A DNA stretch of 48,962 nt, the filler included, from Sphacelaria rigidula (lineage: Eukaryota): NCBI GenBank assembly GCA_964200075.2. It is 3 parts of 3 records of this genome, joined end to end, with 100 filler letters (N's around TTAATTAATTAA, not from the genome) between each part and the next. Parts side by side here need not be neighbours in the genome. Positions count along the whole stretch, not along the records: positions 32,710 to 48,962 come from CAXNAA020001425.1; 2 more parts are not named here. The stretch is one strand, 5' to 3'. Position numbers and translations under genes: made by a program. Of the stretch, positions 36,665-48,840 are shown in pieces (positions within the stretch are counted from its first letter, which is position 1; each line of letters begins with the position of its first letter). Below the pieces are notes generated by a model. The model was not told where the DNA came from and did no database searches. It worked only from the letters and a program-made list of their open reading frames with translations.

Positions 36665-37582
36665 CTGCTCGACGCCAACGTGGACAACGTTCACGTAGGA
36701 CATTTCGGATACTCGCAAGATACGGCACCCGAAGTTGGGGTGAAGAAAAAAACTAATACTGTACAGTACTGTAGTGGGTGACTACTGTAACTGGGATATC
36801 ATGGCTGCACATACATACGTCAGGTGCGCGCGGCTAGAAAAAACAGTACTGTGAGATCAAACAAAGTCGACCATACGACCTCTTGCCCCGTTTCTCCATC
36901 AGGATTCCTGTTCTGGGTTCGGGGGGAGGGGCGACACGTCCGTAGCACGTTGCGCATGCAGTGAGCGAGCCTATTCTCTAAACTAGAGTAGACTTGAGCA
37001 CGGAGAAAACTCGGTTCATATTTGGACATTGTTCCAAATGTCCGTGATGACGGCGACAGAGAAAAGCTGGATCACACAGACCAGCCCACCTCTATCGACT
37101 GCCGGAGACTACTGAACACAATGATGGGTTGGGCATAATACAAGCTAGAGAGACAGCGCAAAATATCAATACCAACATGGGGGTCGAAATATTTCATGTA
37201 CTGTGCTCGCGGGGTTCCCTGATACGCACATCACAGCACTGTAGTACAGCCCGAACCCTTGTATCCAAGGAACATTTCTTCCGTTGAGCACGAGCATGAA
37301 ACACGTACGCGTGCTGAAAACACATGAACTCAATTTGATACCGCTTGTTCTTGTTTCGCGGTCTATTTCCATTCCTATACAAGAACCCGCTCTCCGCATG
37401 CCTACTCACGAATCTGAACACAGCCCATAGTTCCTCGAGGGAATAAATAACTCAGGGGCTTACAGAGACCTACTGCATCATGTAACATTGCAACCTCCGT
37501 AACATTCATCGGTGTTGACCGATTATGGCGTTCATGTTACTGGGGGTGTCATCGGTTACAGCTTACATGACAGGTCACTTAC

Positions 37583-37615
37583 CCTGCGGGCGGACAGCCT
37601 GCCTGATAGGATCAT
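37583..37615 (-). CDS. GLDC: Glycine cleavage P protein, exon 1 (MILSGRLSARR), start of mitochondrial presequence
   Basis: aacATG start, 11 codons, consensus donor AGG|GTAAGT, phase 0; basic, acid-free peptide as expected for mitochondrial targeting. Confidence 0.75.
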
Positions 37616-38258
37616 GTTCTCTTGTAGGACGAAGAAAAGAAAACGACGGGGCTGGTTTCAGATACTCCGCACTTGATAGGTGAGGAGATGAAGATGCAGA
37701 TTCAGAGACTCGGCGATGTTGCCCTCTTTGCGCTTGTAGACGAGGACGACAGCGGCAGGTGCGGTACGCAGTTGAGTGTGGGAAAGAAAGGGAAGCCTTC
37801 TTGGGTTGTGTGCGTGTGATGCGATGCCTCAAAGAATCAAATTGTCGATCGTCATCACAGTTTGGCGGCGTTTTCTTGGTTGAGGGGACAGGGGGATTTT
37901 TTATTATATGGTTTTTGTATAGCACTTTTCACTTGATTTATATAGAGGGTTACTTTAGTGTCACTTCGGAATACTTCCAGCAATTTTGGCGTATTTTCAC
38001 TTGATTAATGACTGGGACAGGTGTTTCACTGACTTTTGCTAGCGGCGGCCCATTCTTTATTTCCCCGCGTTTTTGCGCTGCATTTTTCCCCGTCGCTGAC
38101 CTGACAGTCTCGTGTTCCTGTACGCAAGTAGGTTGTAGTGACAGCAAATATCGATGTACGAGTGACCGGCTGTGTCTACGTGTGCTGTGAGCATCGGCAG
38201 ATAGGACGTACTACAAGAGAGGATTCCAAACGGAGCTGAACATCATAAGGGCGTCACC
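37616..38258. promoter_or_regulatory. Candidate bidirectional promoter and 5' UTRs between GLDC and the plus-strand gene starting at 38259
   Basis: 643 bp between two divergent ATGs, no recognisable interspersed repeat, AT-rich core near 37895-38010. Confidence 0.5.
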
Positions 38259-38285
38259 ATGGCGTCCATCGCTCCGCCGAGAGGT
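38259..38285 (+). CDS. Probable first exon (MASIAPPRG) of the LrgAB/PLGG1-like transporter gene; alternative donor at 38400 would give a 47-aa exon
   Basis: Strong start context gtcaccATGG; donors GGT|GTGAGT (38286) and AAG|GTATGG (38400) are both phase 0, matching the exon at 46339. Linkage across the ~8 kb intron is inferred. Confidence 0.5.
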
Positions 38286-41200
38286 GTGAGTGCGCACTCG
38301 GCCATTGCTGCTGTCGCCATCACCGTCCTCATCAACCGCAGGAAAGACATCAAATTGATCCCCAACTTGTTCTCTCGCAATGGGGGCAAGACCAGAAAGG
38401 TATGGGCTGGCGTGACGTCGTACTTTGTACGCAAGTAGCGCCATATGGAAGGTCGGTGCAAGTCGCATATGGCTGTTGTTGGGGCAGCTTAGGGGGGTTG
38501 AGAATGTTGTCATGTTCACGGCTGTTGACGTGTTCATGTTGCCGATTGTGTTGCATAGCGGTTTTTCTACCCCTCCCCTGCCAGTGTTGCTACACAGCAG
38601 CTGCTGCACAGCATCAGCTTTTGGTTCATCACCATCAAAGTTGACCCTCCACAAGGGACGACACCGGCAACTGGCAACCCCCGTTTTGTCGGTATCTATC
38701 GTCGAGCGAATGCCATTGGTTGATTTTGTTACACGTCAACCGATGGAATGAAAGCGCAGCAAACATCGCGAGTATACGATGAGCGTAGCTCATGTTGCTG
38801 TCTGTGGCGACTCGTGCATGCAAACATTCTCAGTAGCATGACCGCAACAACAGCAGTGGCTGTTTTTCATGTTTTCTCCCTGTTGTCTTCAACTCATGTT
38901 TTTGAATTTCGACCTCGGAAATAAATATATGCGTACATCATTCGCAAAAACCAGGCGTACACGTACGTGGTGCGTGGGCTTCCCACAAAACGCCCGCCGC
39001 ACCACGATGCACTCTAATGCACCGAACGCAGCCTCGTGTGTCCCTCATGTTGAATCTATTTTTTACCTTTCATGTGAGCTGGCGACCTTGCACTTTGGCA
39101 ATTTTGTGTACGTAATCGGTTCTTTTGAAGCGCGACTGCATGGTGTTTTCGTGAGAGCGACAAATGAGATGATTAGTGTTGAGTCTTGATGGTTTGTCCT
39201 GAGTGCATGTTATGGCGCACAAGTTTACATCCCTTGGCTGTTTGTATTCATGATACAAAACGTGCACTTAAATGCCCCCGCCGTCAACAGCTAGTACTGT
39301 ACAAAGTACACAAGGCACCAATGCGCATGGAATAGCAGATGCCCATCGTTGATATGTTCAGTTATCGTAACTCGCTGTCTTATCCGTGTAGTTCGGTACA
39401 CTCCGGTATTGCAACTCATCTTCTCGCCACCTCGCCAACAGCAAGCTGGTACGAGTACCTCTTCTGGTGGTATCTGCTGGTTTAAAACTGTATGTCCATC
39501 CTACTGTATGCACCGACCTTTGCCCTTTATGCCTTCCCCCCCCAAATATATATATATGCGTCTTGTTCAAAATGGGGTCATTTTGGAGGGGAAACCCCGC
39601 CGTGGCGTTACAATTACTTGATTTTACTGCAGCGTGCAAGACCGAAAAACAAGAACGCCTAGGTAATGCGAATCAAGCGAAAGGATGGAGAGCAAAGGTC
39701 TCACTATGTACTGCGCGATAAGATACTGTTCTCTCTATTTTTGATCGCCTGAATTTCAGCACAGCACAGTGTTGCGCCAGAAGAGAAGAACCATTTTCGG
39801 AACAGAATCTGACCACTTCTCCCTCTAGCTCGCCCTGCTGCAGTGCACAGCACCAGATATAGCGACGAGAAACTGTTGGCTATAGTTCGCATAACATATG
39901 ACCTAAGTGTTGGCGCCTTGTAGCGGCTACAACGCGCTTAGGGCCGTGCGTCATGAACTGCGCACTTCTACGGACTACACGCCGATCGGTACAGTACCGA
40001 TGGTCATGATCCAGAAAGGGTCACCGGTGTCAGTTTGCCACCACATCGGCCGCCCAGCCGCTCAAGATGTCGAAGTTAGTGGACCTGCGTGTGCATATAT
40101 GCAGTCACCTCTAGTGCACGAACTCTGGACTGCAGGATAGCCGCTTTGAGGGCACATAGACGTCATTCCCCGAAATCGCTTGTGGCCATGTTCATTATTC
40201 GTGCGGGGCCCAATCGTGCGGGCGCTTGGCGGCTATGTTGCCTGTGTTGTATCCGACTCGGGCGTAAAGTTTCATGAAGGAACGCGAAGTCGCAGGCGAG
40301 AAATCCACAACGAAAGTTGCTCTGAAAATTGGGACTTTACAGTAGGAAAGTACCCATATAAACACAAGATGGGGTTTCGCCCTGTTTACGCCGCATATCA
40401 GATGCGGTTACGCAGTAGTATTACGGTACGGATACTGTCTACTGTACTGTCAAATGCAGTACAGACAGTACATCGCATCAGCAATTATACTGCGCTTTAT
40501 GATGGTCGAGACGGAGTTTTCATTTTCAAAAGCTACCAGCTGCGCCGCCAGGCATGCATGCAGACGATTATGCCGCTCTCATTTGTGCTGAAAGCAATTG
40601 AGATGCTCCTTTTCAGGCGGATTGCACATTCCATATACACTCTTGGCGTGGTGACGAGCGAGAACGCGAACCGTGGCCGCCAACTATCGGCGTACCATGG
40701 GGCCCGCAAGGCACCCGTATCGAGCAACACCATGCACACCACCGAACGCGGGACATGATCACATTTCGGCCTGCAACTTGCGCCGACGATCTAGCCTAAA
40801 CATCGCTTGTCAGATATGCTGCGTGTTGGGCCGTAGGTCCCTCCCAAGGGGCTCCTCCCTCTTGTGGATTATACCTACCTTGGGATGCTCCAAGCTGATA
40901 TTTTATACGATGACTCTTGTACGCAAAAATCCACATATATTTTCCTTTTTTTTGGTGCAACACTAAACAGTATAGACAACATCACCAAAACGAGCGCGAG
41001 CACCGTTTGAGCTACATGGAATTATGTCCCGATCTCTGCGCCCTGAACACCTCATTTTTCAGCCTGTGTATGTAACGGCCCCCGACGACCTAGGGCTCAC
41101 CTCCCACAGATGGGGGCATTTCGAAACCGCCCCTCAGCCAGAATCGAGGACCCACCCAATACCAGGGCGGAAAGTGTGGCATGGGACATGTCCTTCATCA

Positions 41201-42671
41201 CTGTGATGCAGCACAAACACACTCATGTTTTGTCTCGTGTGCTGTAGCTGTCGCTGCGCTGTGGTGAAGACGGTTTGATCTCCGCTGGGACTGCGTGAGT
41301 TGCTTTATATTGTCATCGCGTTCGTCTCTATGAAAAGGAATGTTGTCGGCGCACAGTGCTCTCTACACACTGCTGAAAGCTTCATGGTATGTCGGCTGTT
41401 TCATCTCGAGTGAAACGAACAAGGCGCTTGCCAAACACGCCATTTCTGTGCTGTAGTTGTCGCTGTGCTGTTGTGCATCTAAACATTCTACGACGAACAC
41501 GGTGCGATGTGCGCTGAAGAATGCCTGAACAGCTGTACTGATGCATGCCGTGGTTTGGTCTGCACAAAATCGGGGTGGGATCAGAGTGCTGTTCAAACAA
41601 AGAAAGGTTAAAACAATCGTCACGTGACGGCTGTGCAATTGTCTGTTGCTTCTCCTCTGGTACTTCAGTCAGGGTCGGATGCAGTGATAGCAAAAGACAC
41701 GCAAGGTGGGTGCGTGAACGTTGGGGCAAACAAACTGAGCCAGCACGAAGCTGCCGTATCCTCGGTGATTGATAGTAGCTTTTCTCTTTCTCGCAGCGGC
41801 GCAATGTGTGGGCCAATCAGAGCTATTCGATCACTCAATTCCCACTCGATTATCTAATGTGATTGATCAAAGGTCGCCGTATTTTGGTATATTGAGAGGC
41901 TCTGGATTGGTCGGAAAATATTGGCAGTCAAAATCCCTGCCCCTATCTGTGGGCCCTGTGCCAAACCTAGAGCGTCATGCATACGTGAGTGCACCCGCTT
42001 TCCAGAGACAGCATCATGTTTCCCTATTGAGCTCTGTGTAGCAAGAAATCCATGATGTTTCTATTCCCCTCTCGTGTTGCGTGGGAACGTTGGGATCTGC
42101 CTGCAGTAGTCCGAGTGCTCGTTTGCTGCCCGGGAACAACTTATAAGGTCAGCAGTATTTTTTTTAGTTCGTGTCGCGTTTGTGTGAATTTTGCTGGGTC
42201 CTTTTTTATTTTATTTTTTTGCATTTTGCCCTATTTTGAGTAGTTACCTGTGAGCACGGAAGGCGTCCGCATTAGATGCTCAGTACGGAGTACTACGCAT
42301 ATATCGACACGCTTTTTCATTTGCGAACACGACAACAACTACTACTACTACTACTTACTACTACTACTATCGCAAACAAGATCCACTGTCTGTATATGAG
42401 TATCGCTAGAAAAATGTCCATACTGGAACCAAGATGCAAAAGAGAGATCACTCTCAACCCGACGCAACCCGTGTGTGCTCGACACCACTTCCAAAAACGT
42501 AGGGTCTACAACCAAAGCATGGGCACAGTCCCAACAGTAGCCAGTCTTCGGTGGGAGCATGGTGACCTCAGTTTTATGAGTGAAAGCATGCCACTGCTTT
42601 CTCTGGTCAGAGCGTTTCAACGCTCGGCTCGATTTTTTTTCCCGAAGAGCACACCTGCCCAGACAACAAAG

Positions 42672-43156
42672 CAACGTCGTGTTCTGTAGGGGACGGTTAT
42701 GTTCTGTAGGGTATGCAATTCCTTACAGAACTTACAGAAATATCTGGTACCGTTATGAAATTCCATGAGTCTGACAGGAATTACATAAATTCGTCGGGTA
42801 CGATACCGGAGGCTTACAGAGAACCGAACCGGCAATCGGGTATTTCTTCAAGGGCATACCCGTGCTCTGGGTACGGGCATACATTATGTACAAAAATCAC
42901 AGAAACTGTCGGACAGGGTATGGAGGCTGCACAGAAAACCGTACTCGCAACCTGGTATCTTATCAAGAGCATACCCGTGCCCCCCGGTAAGGGTACGGAA
43001 GGCTTACAGGACTCACAGAACTAGTGGGTAAGGGTGTAAAGTCTTCTAGACCTTACAGAATTTGTCGGGTACAGGTATGAAAGTGTCGGGTACGGTACAC
43101 ACCTGGGAAAATACCCCGGGTATACAGAAATCCATACCCTACAGAACACAACCTTG
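42672..43156. mobile_element. hAT-like MITE with internal cttacagaa/gggtac subrepeats
   Basis: TIR caacgtcgtgttctgtaggg/ccctacagaacacaaccttg, same family as 12643-12894. Confidence 0.65.
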
Positions 43157-44668
43157 AAAACAAGTGTTTCCGTCAATCACGATCGAGTATGATCGGTGGT
43201 CAGGATACGGTATATACCTTGTCGTTTGCCGCCTCTTCAGAATACAGTGGCCAGTGATATGTTCCCTTGGCGCGAGAATACGTCGACTATACTTGACTTT
43301 CCTAATTTTTAAGTAGACTAGTAGTGTTCCTTCTCTCCTATTTCATGCTGCAAGAGGTTGGGCGGGGACACAAGCAGGACGGTGCTTACCGCAGCTGCAA
43401 AGTTGTGAGTTAATCGAGCAGAGCTGTCCTGCGCCCTGTGCTGCCCTCGTAGGTCGAGGTATATTTGGTCGTCTCTCTGCTTTTCTTGTGATTCACTTGT
43501 TGGCTCCTACCTTACAGGCCGTACGAAATTATGATAAAAGCCATGAAGACGAGGGCTAGGAAACACGCCCAAGTTGTCATTTTTAACCGCGCAGTTTTCC
43601 GGAAGGATATTGGGATTTCCGGATCTGGACATTAGGAAGAGCCTGGTCCGAGAACTACATTGGCACACAATCTAGATTTGCTTCCCTGCGGCGCGTCGAG
43701 CGGGCTGCAGAGGAGGTGAAGGATTTTCCTCCCATCAAACCTTTTCCTCGAAAAGTTTGAAGTGTGACGGGTAACGCGATGCGATGGACCATTGTTGTAC
43801 GTCCGGTGCGGAGTAAACAGCAGAGCAGCTGAGCGTGCAGTACACTACCGGGTGACAGAATGTTCAGTTTCGTCTCCCACCTCCGCAGCATCGTCAAGTC
43901 AGTGCAGCCAGTAGTACAAGCAGTGAATCAAGATGATGCATGCAGTGATGTGCAGTACGGTGTAGTGTTGCCTCATGTACAACACGGAATTGTCCATTAA
44001 GTTTTTTCTTCCTTCTTTGCACCCTTTCAGAACTTCCCCTTACTCGGGACAAGAAAAAAAACATCGGTCGAATTTTTCAAGACCTTTGTCACGCACCAAG
44101 ATGAGCGTGCTCTCACCTGAAGGGGTGCTCACACCTTGGTCGTGAAAAACAAAATGGCTGACATACCTCGTAGCGTTCCTGGAAACTTATTTGGAGTAAC
44201 GCCAACCCCTAATCCTAATCCCGGCCAAGTCATACGAGAACCCTCGGGCAAGGGGGGTGCAAAGTTTGCTCTAGGAAAAGAGGGCGTTGACAACCTCAAA
44301 TTGGCGCCCGCCGACCTGGACAGAAAACACGTTCCGGGCAACTTACTGTAGCAGCACTTGGGATTGTCAGCCCTTCTTGAGATCTGAGTATTAGTGTTTA
44401 CTCTAAAATCAAGTAGTAGCCGTTCTTTACGACCAATGCGTAAGGTCTACTGCTCACACGACCATCCTTGAACTGGACGGCAATGATCAACATCTCACGT
44501 GGTACGTTCTGAGAACCGGACACGATTTTTGCATTACCGTTGACATGAACGGCACAAAAAAAAATCACTTTTCCACTTTTCCTCCGCGTACTAGGATAGA
44601 TTTTAGAGCCTGCTACCATTTTAGCGATCATATGCTGCTGCAGTGACCACTCCTCTACTGTCTACAAA

Positions 44669-44910
44669 GCCGGTCGCCCTGGTGGCTTGGTTGGTGTAGG
44701 TTACCTTGAAACATTCCGGCGGTTTGTGGGTTCGAGTCTCAGTGAATTCACACTATATGTTTTTTTTCTCACATCATGCCCAACAGTGGAGAACAACAAT
44801 ATCGTGAGAACACAGTTCAAACAGTTCGACGTCCCGGTCGACGAGGGGAAGAGACCGCTTAACCCTTCTCGCGATGAAGAGTACGGCAAGAACCGCTGAG
44901 GGAGGGTAGA
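44669..44910 (+). mobile_element. tRNA-derived SINE-like element
   Basis: Pol III box A-like tggcttggttgg (44683-44694) and box B-like ggttcgagtct (44729-44739) at tRNA spacing, unrelated body, followed by (TA)n; does not form a full cloverleaf by eye. Confidence 0.55.
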
Positions 44911-45589
44911 GCACTGGAACAATATATATATATATATATATATGTATGTACAGAAACTCCTGTGATGGCCTTCCTCCGGTATGACCCCAGTTGATGCGCC
45001 AACATACACCGGGGGGTGCAGAGTGGCATCCAGAATATATGCGATGACAACACACACATACCAGATCACATACTATTGCAGGGACCTATTTTTCGTTCTC
45101 TCCCAGAAGCGGTACGAAAACGTATTGCCTACTGTAGCGTGTTTATTTCTCGTCTCTCACTTTACCCCGTTCGCTCGCTCGTTCTTCATTACCACAGCAG
45201 GATTTCATTCGTGGCGGATCTGTCACTGTGCGGTCGTCAATCATCAATGATGCTCATTACTTGCAGTTGAAACCGAGCACAAGTCTCACACGAGCATATT
45301 TAAACGGGTCCAGAAACATGGGTACGTCAAGGAGACACGTCAAACGTTGGTCATGTGGGCAGCCTTTGAAGTTCATGCCGCCCAACCCCATCCCCCGCCC
45401 AGCTCAGTGCTGCGTTTCGAAAGTGATGCGCGGGGTCGTACAACTAAGGCAAGCGAAAAATGATACCCCCCCCCCCCCCCCCCCCCCCCCCCTCTTCCGC
45501 ACCAGCCACCACCCAAACAAAAAAGAAANNNNNNNNNNAAGTGGGGCTCGGTACGATCAACCAAAGAAAAGAAAAAAATGGTCCCCCCC

Positions 45590-47250
45590 CCCCCCCCCCC
45601 GTCTCTCTCTGGTGAGACACCCATCAGACAGTGTATAAGCCATGGCTGTCTCCGGAAGTGGCGAGACCAAAAAATAGAGCAACTCATTGTAGGCTGTCAA
45701 CCAAATGCACGAAAATCAGTAGGCTTCGGGTCGAACAATCTTAGCAGCCTGCAGCTCACCCTTCATGCGACTCGCCGAACAGACTACGGCGCTTCGCGCT
45801 TGGTGGGCTGAGGGCAAGCCTGGTCCCGCGAAAACCCGGCGTGCTCCGTCACGGCTTTGTAGGGATGCGGGGTCAATCGTCTCATGACTATGGCATGCGT
45901 GATCATGAGTACACCCCTCTCATCTGCTCGTCTCGAAAGGGATCCGTGGTCAATGGTCAAACGATCAAGGCAAGCAACAAATGAGTACGCCTCCCTCCCC
46001 CCCACCCCCTCTCATCCATGAGGAGCAGGAACAGTGCTCTGTCTAGAAAGGGATGCGTAGTCAAAAGTAAAACAACTGAGGCAAGCAACAGATGAGGACG
46101 CCCCCCCACCCCCACCCCCACCCCCGTCATCCAGGGGAAATTCCGGCGCACTCCGTCCCGACTTTATAGGGATGTGAGGTGTACGGCCATATGACTACGG
46201 CATGCAAGATCATGAGTACACCCCCCCTCATCCCCCGTCTCTCGTGTTTCCACTCTCTACGCCCACCGTACCGAAAACATGGTCACCATCATTTCAATGG
46301 AATGTGACATCAATCTGAACGTGGAATATGACCATCAGATGCTCATCGGGACGGCGGGCATTTTCGTGTTCGAGCAAATTGTGAGGAAGGCGTTGCAACG
46401 CGCGGGGCTGAAGCTGCCGTCGTCTCTCGTGTCCATGGTCGTCGCCTTCCTGCTTCTCAAGGTACAGTATGTGTTTTGGAAGTGTCATCACGCAGCGTGA
46501 GATAACTCAGGACCGTTCAACGTTCGTGTTTGATCCTGAACTATACTGTACTGTACTATAAAAAAATACTCATGTTGAGGCGCGTTCATGAGCGTGCTGG
46601 GCGAGCTCACTGACACACCGTGCGCTCGTGTGTCGGAGGCGTTTTTTAAGTTGGTACCAAGAGCGCTGAAATGAAATCCGGTGCCTACAGCAACACGTCC
46701 AAGTGACTTGACTCTATCATGAAAGAAGTGGCTCGAAACAACCCTCTATTCCTCATTTTAGGCTGGCGTCGGTTGACAACAAAAACAAACTGCGTGAGCT
46801 GGGCAACCAGGTGACCGTTTTGTTTTTACGCTTGCGTTTTTTTTGCGGTAACCATGATGGTGGTCGAGCTAGATCATCTTGTTCGAGGTGGTGAACCCGA
46901 TCTCCGCGCACACGGAGGCTCGCACTACGTGGTCGTTGGACACCCGTGAGGCAGTTTGTAACCCGTTGCTCGTCTCTTGAAGTGACGACACGGAAAATGA
47001 AACGGCTCATCGTAGGCTGTGATCCATATGCAAGATAATCAGGACGCTTTGGGTCGAACAATCTTCGCAGGATGCACCTCATCCTTCATGTGACTCGCCG
47101 AACACATCACGTCGCTTCGCGCTTGGTGATTGAGTGCGAGCCTGGCCCGGGGAAAACCCGGCGTGCTCCGTCCCTGCTTTGTAGGGTTGCGAGGTCAACG
47201 GTCTCATGACTGCCGCATGCAAGATCATGAGTAACCCCTCCCCCCCCCGC
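45590..47250. repeat. Copies of an abundant interspersed repeat family flanking the 46339 exon (45590-46250 and 46780-47250)
   Basis: Shared core ggtctcatgactatggcatgcaagatcatgagtacaccc; other copies at 1-95, 3715-4110, 13340-13435, 14822-14905 (reverse) and 33410-33550. Confidence 0.8.
46339..46461 (+). CDS. LrgAB-family membrane transporter (PLGG1-like), exon (MLIGTAGIFVFEQIVRKALQRAGLKLPSSLVSMVVAFLLLK)
   Basis: cag| acceptor, |GTACAG donor, 123 bp; KLPSSLVSM resembles the KFPSALFGM segment of plant PLGG1 LrgA-like domain. Confidence 0.8.
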
Positions 47251-47530
47251 GCGCGCCTCAGGAGTCATGAGATAGCTCGTCCCCAGAAAGACACCCGAAC
47301 CTGACAGTCTTTTTTCAAGCGAAACTAGCGCCGATAGTGTAGACACACGAGCGTCGAGCGCCTGCTGTCACGAAGCAAGTTACTGCATCGCACCCCCGGC
47401 CCCGGCCGGCTGTAGCTTGCTCGCGTGCACAGCCTGATCTAGCGTCCCCTCGCTATACCGTTAAACCTGCTTGCGTCGACGTCGTCGTCGTCGTCGTAAT
47501 GGTCATTTGTCGTCGTTGCTGTTCATCCAG

Positions 47531-47668
47531 GGCTACGAAGCCTCGAGCGGGAAAGAAGATGCCGACAAGGTGGCCAACTACTTCGGACCCGCGGTGGAGC
47601 ACCTCGGAAAGTGGATGCCGCTTTACCTCGCCCCTCCCCTCATAGTCCTACCCAACGCGCTGGGCGAG
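47531..47668 (+). CDS. PLGG1-like transporter exon (GYEASSGKEDADKVANYFGPAVEHLGKWMPLYLAPPLIVLPNALGE)
   Basis: cag| acceptor, |GTGACT donor, 138 bp; FxPA...WMPLYLAPPLIVLP matches the PLGG1/LrgA motif FEPA...WLPLFYVPSLVVLP. Confidence 0.85.
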
Positions 47669-47720
47669 GTGACTCGAGTCGAGTTTTGCCGCAGTTTGCA
47701 TATCATGTTCAAGTGTTGTA

Positions 47721-47806
47721 CCGCCTTCGCTCCGCAGTTTTGCCGCCTTCGCTCCGCAGTTCTGCCGCCTTCGCTCCGCAGTTCTGCCGCCTTTGCCCCG
47801 CAGTTA
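47721..47806. repeat. 22-bp tandem repeat, four copies
   Basis: ccgccttcgctccgcagttytg repeated directly after the 47531-47668 exon. Confidence 0.9.
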
Positions 47807-48165
47807 TACCCCTGGGAGTGATGGGCGCGCGCGGGGGTGGTAGAGAAATGCTTCTGGGTGTGCGATGAATAAGTAGCGCGTCTGTTGGGTAAGAGCCGTT
47901 TTCAATGTGCTCTATTTTTCATACTGTTCAATCCATTTATAAACGAATGAAACTAGATAAAAAGTGGATGGAAACGGAAGAAAAAAAATCACGAAGAACA
48001 TGAAATTAAATGTTTATAGTTTCGTCCGTTTTCATCCAAACTTTCATACTTTTCGTCCATTATTTGTGAATGGATGAAAACGTTTTCAGAATAAAGCCCG
48101 TCAAATGATGGCCCTATCAGAAGAATGTTCATCCGTTTCTTGTTTGTGAAACGCACAATCATCCC

Positions 48166-48207
<42 letters not shown>

Positions 48208-48537
48208 ACGCTTTTTCAAATTGTGGAGCCCATCCTTTGGTTATGCGGAGGCAGATAGTTCGCGAAAAAATTAAACAAAATTTCGTAGTGACGTTTTTCT
48301 GGGGTCCCAGAACGGAGACAACTTCGAAAAACGACTTCGATCCCGTCGGACCCCCGAAAAACGGTGAAGAGCTCGAGAAGTACAAAAAACATCGCCCGTA
48401 GAAAGTTGCGTAATGGTACATAGCATATTTACGCAAAGTTTCAGGATTTAACTCCTAATGACAGCGTAAAAGTTTTTTTTCAAGTTATTTAATTCGTGCG
48501 TTTCTTCGTGCGGGATCCTGTATGAAACACCAAACAG

Positions 48538-48636
48538 GTACAAGGAGCATCAATGTGGGCTAGGCTGGGAGGTGTACACGTGGCGGGATGGTTGCTGTCC
48601 ATCCTCTCTACGGCTGCCGTCGCGAAGGCTGCCAAG
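48538..48636 (+). CDS. PLGG1-like transporter exon (VQGASMWARLGGVHVAGWLLSILSTAAVAKAAK); gene continues beyond window
   Basis: cag| acceptor, |GTAATC donor, 99 bp, phase 0/0; hydrophobic helix with GW motif as in PLGG1 (AGGWLASL). Confidence 0.8.
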
Positions 48637-48840
48637 GTAATCTTTCATAAAATGGACGGTGTTACACGACATCTCCTACCTTATGCAGCAGTATTCCATA
48701 ATGGTACCACACTTTGGACAATATATGGTTAATAGTTGCAATAGCCAAGGAACGTACAGCATGAAGTATAGGCCTATTGCGACTATTGTCGGCCGGCAAT
48801 AGTTGCAATAGTCCTATACTTCATGCAGTACACTTCTCAT

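Noticed and set aside
37628-37758. Plus-strand exon-like frame DEEKKTTGLVSD...EDDSG
   Set aside because: Falls in the expected 5' UTR/promoter of GLDC on the opposite strand; no recognisable homology or consistent upstream exon.
40180-40758. 192-aa ORF and the 43595-43760 last-exon-like frame as a separate gene between GLDC and the transporter
   Set aside because: No recognisable domain and no phase-consistent exon chain could be built; left unannotated.
41797-41984. Exon-like segment with good acceptor and GTGAGT donor
   Set aside because: Has a stop in the phase needed for the transporter model and contains ccaatcagagc/gctctggattgg inverted repeats typical of MITE remnants; cannot be fully excluded without RNA-seq.
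44136-44351. 71-aa ORF with aacccctaatcctaatccc telomere-like tract
   Set aside because: Only two to three degenerate units between short direct repeats (cgttcc...aactta); more likely a repeat remnant than a gene or interstitial telomere.
44669-44745. Functional tRNA gene
   Set aside because: Box A/B present but acceptor and anticodon stems are not evident; treated as SINE head.
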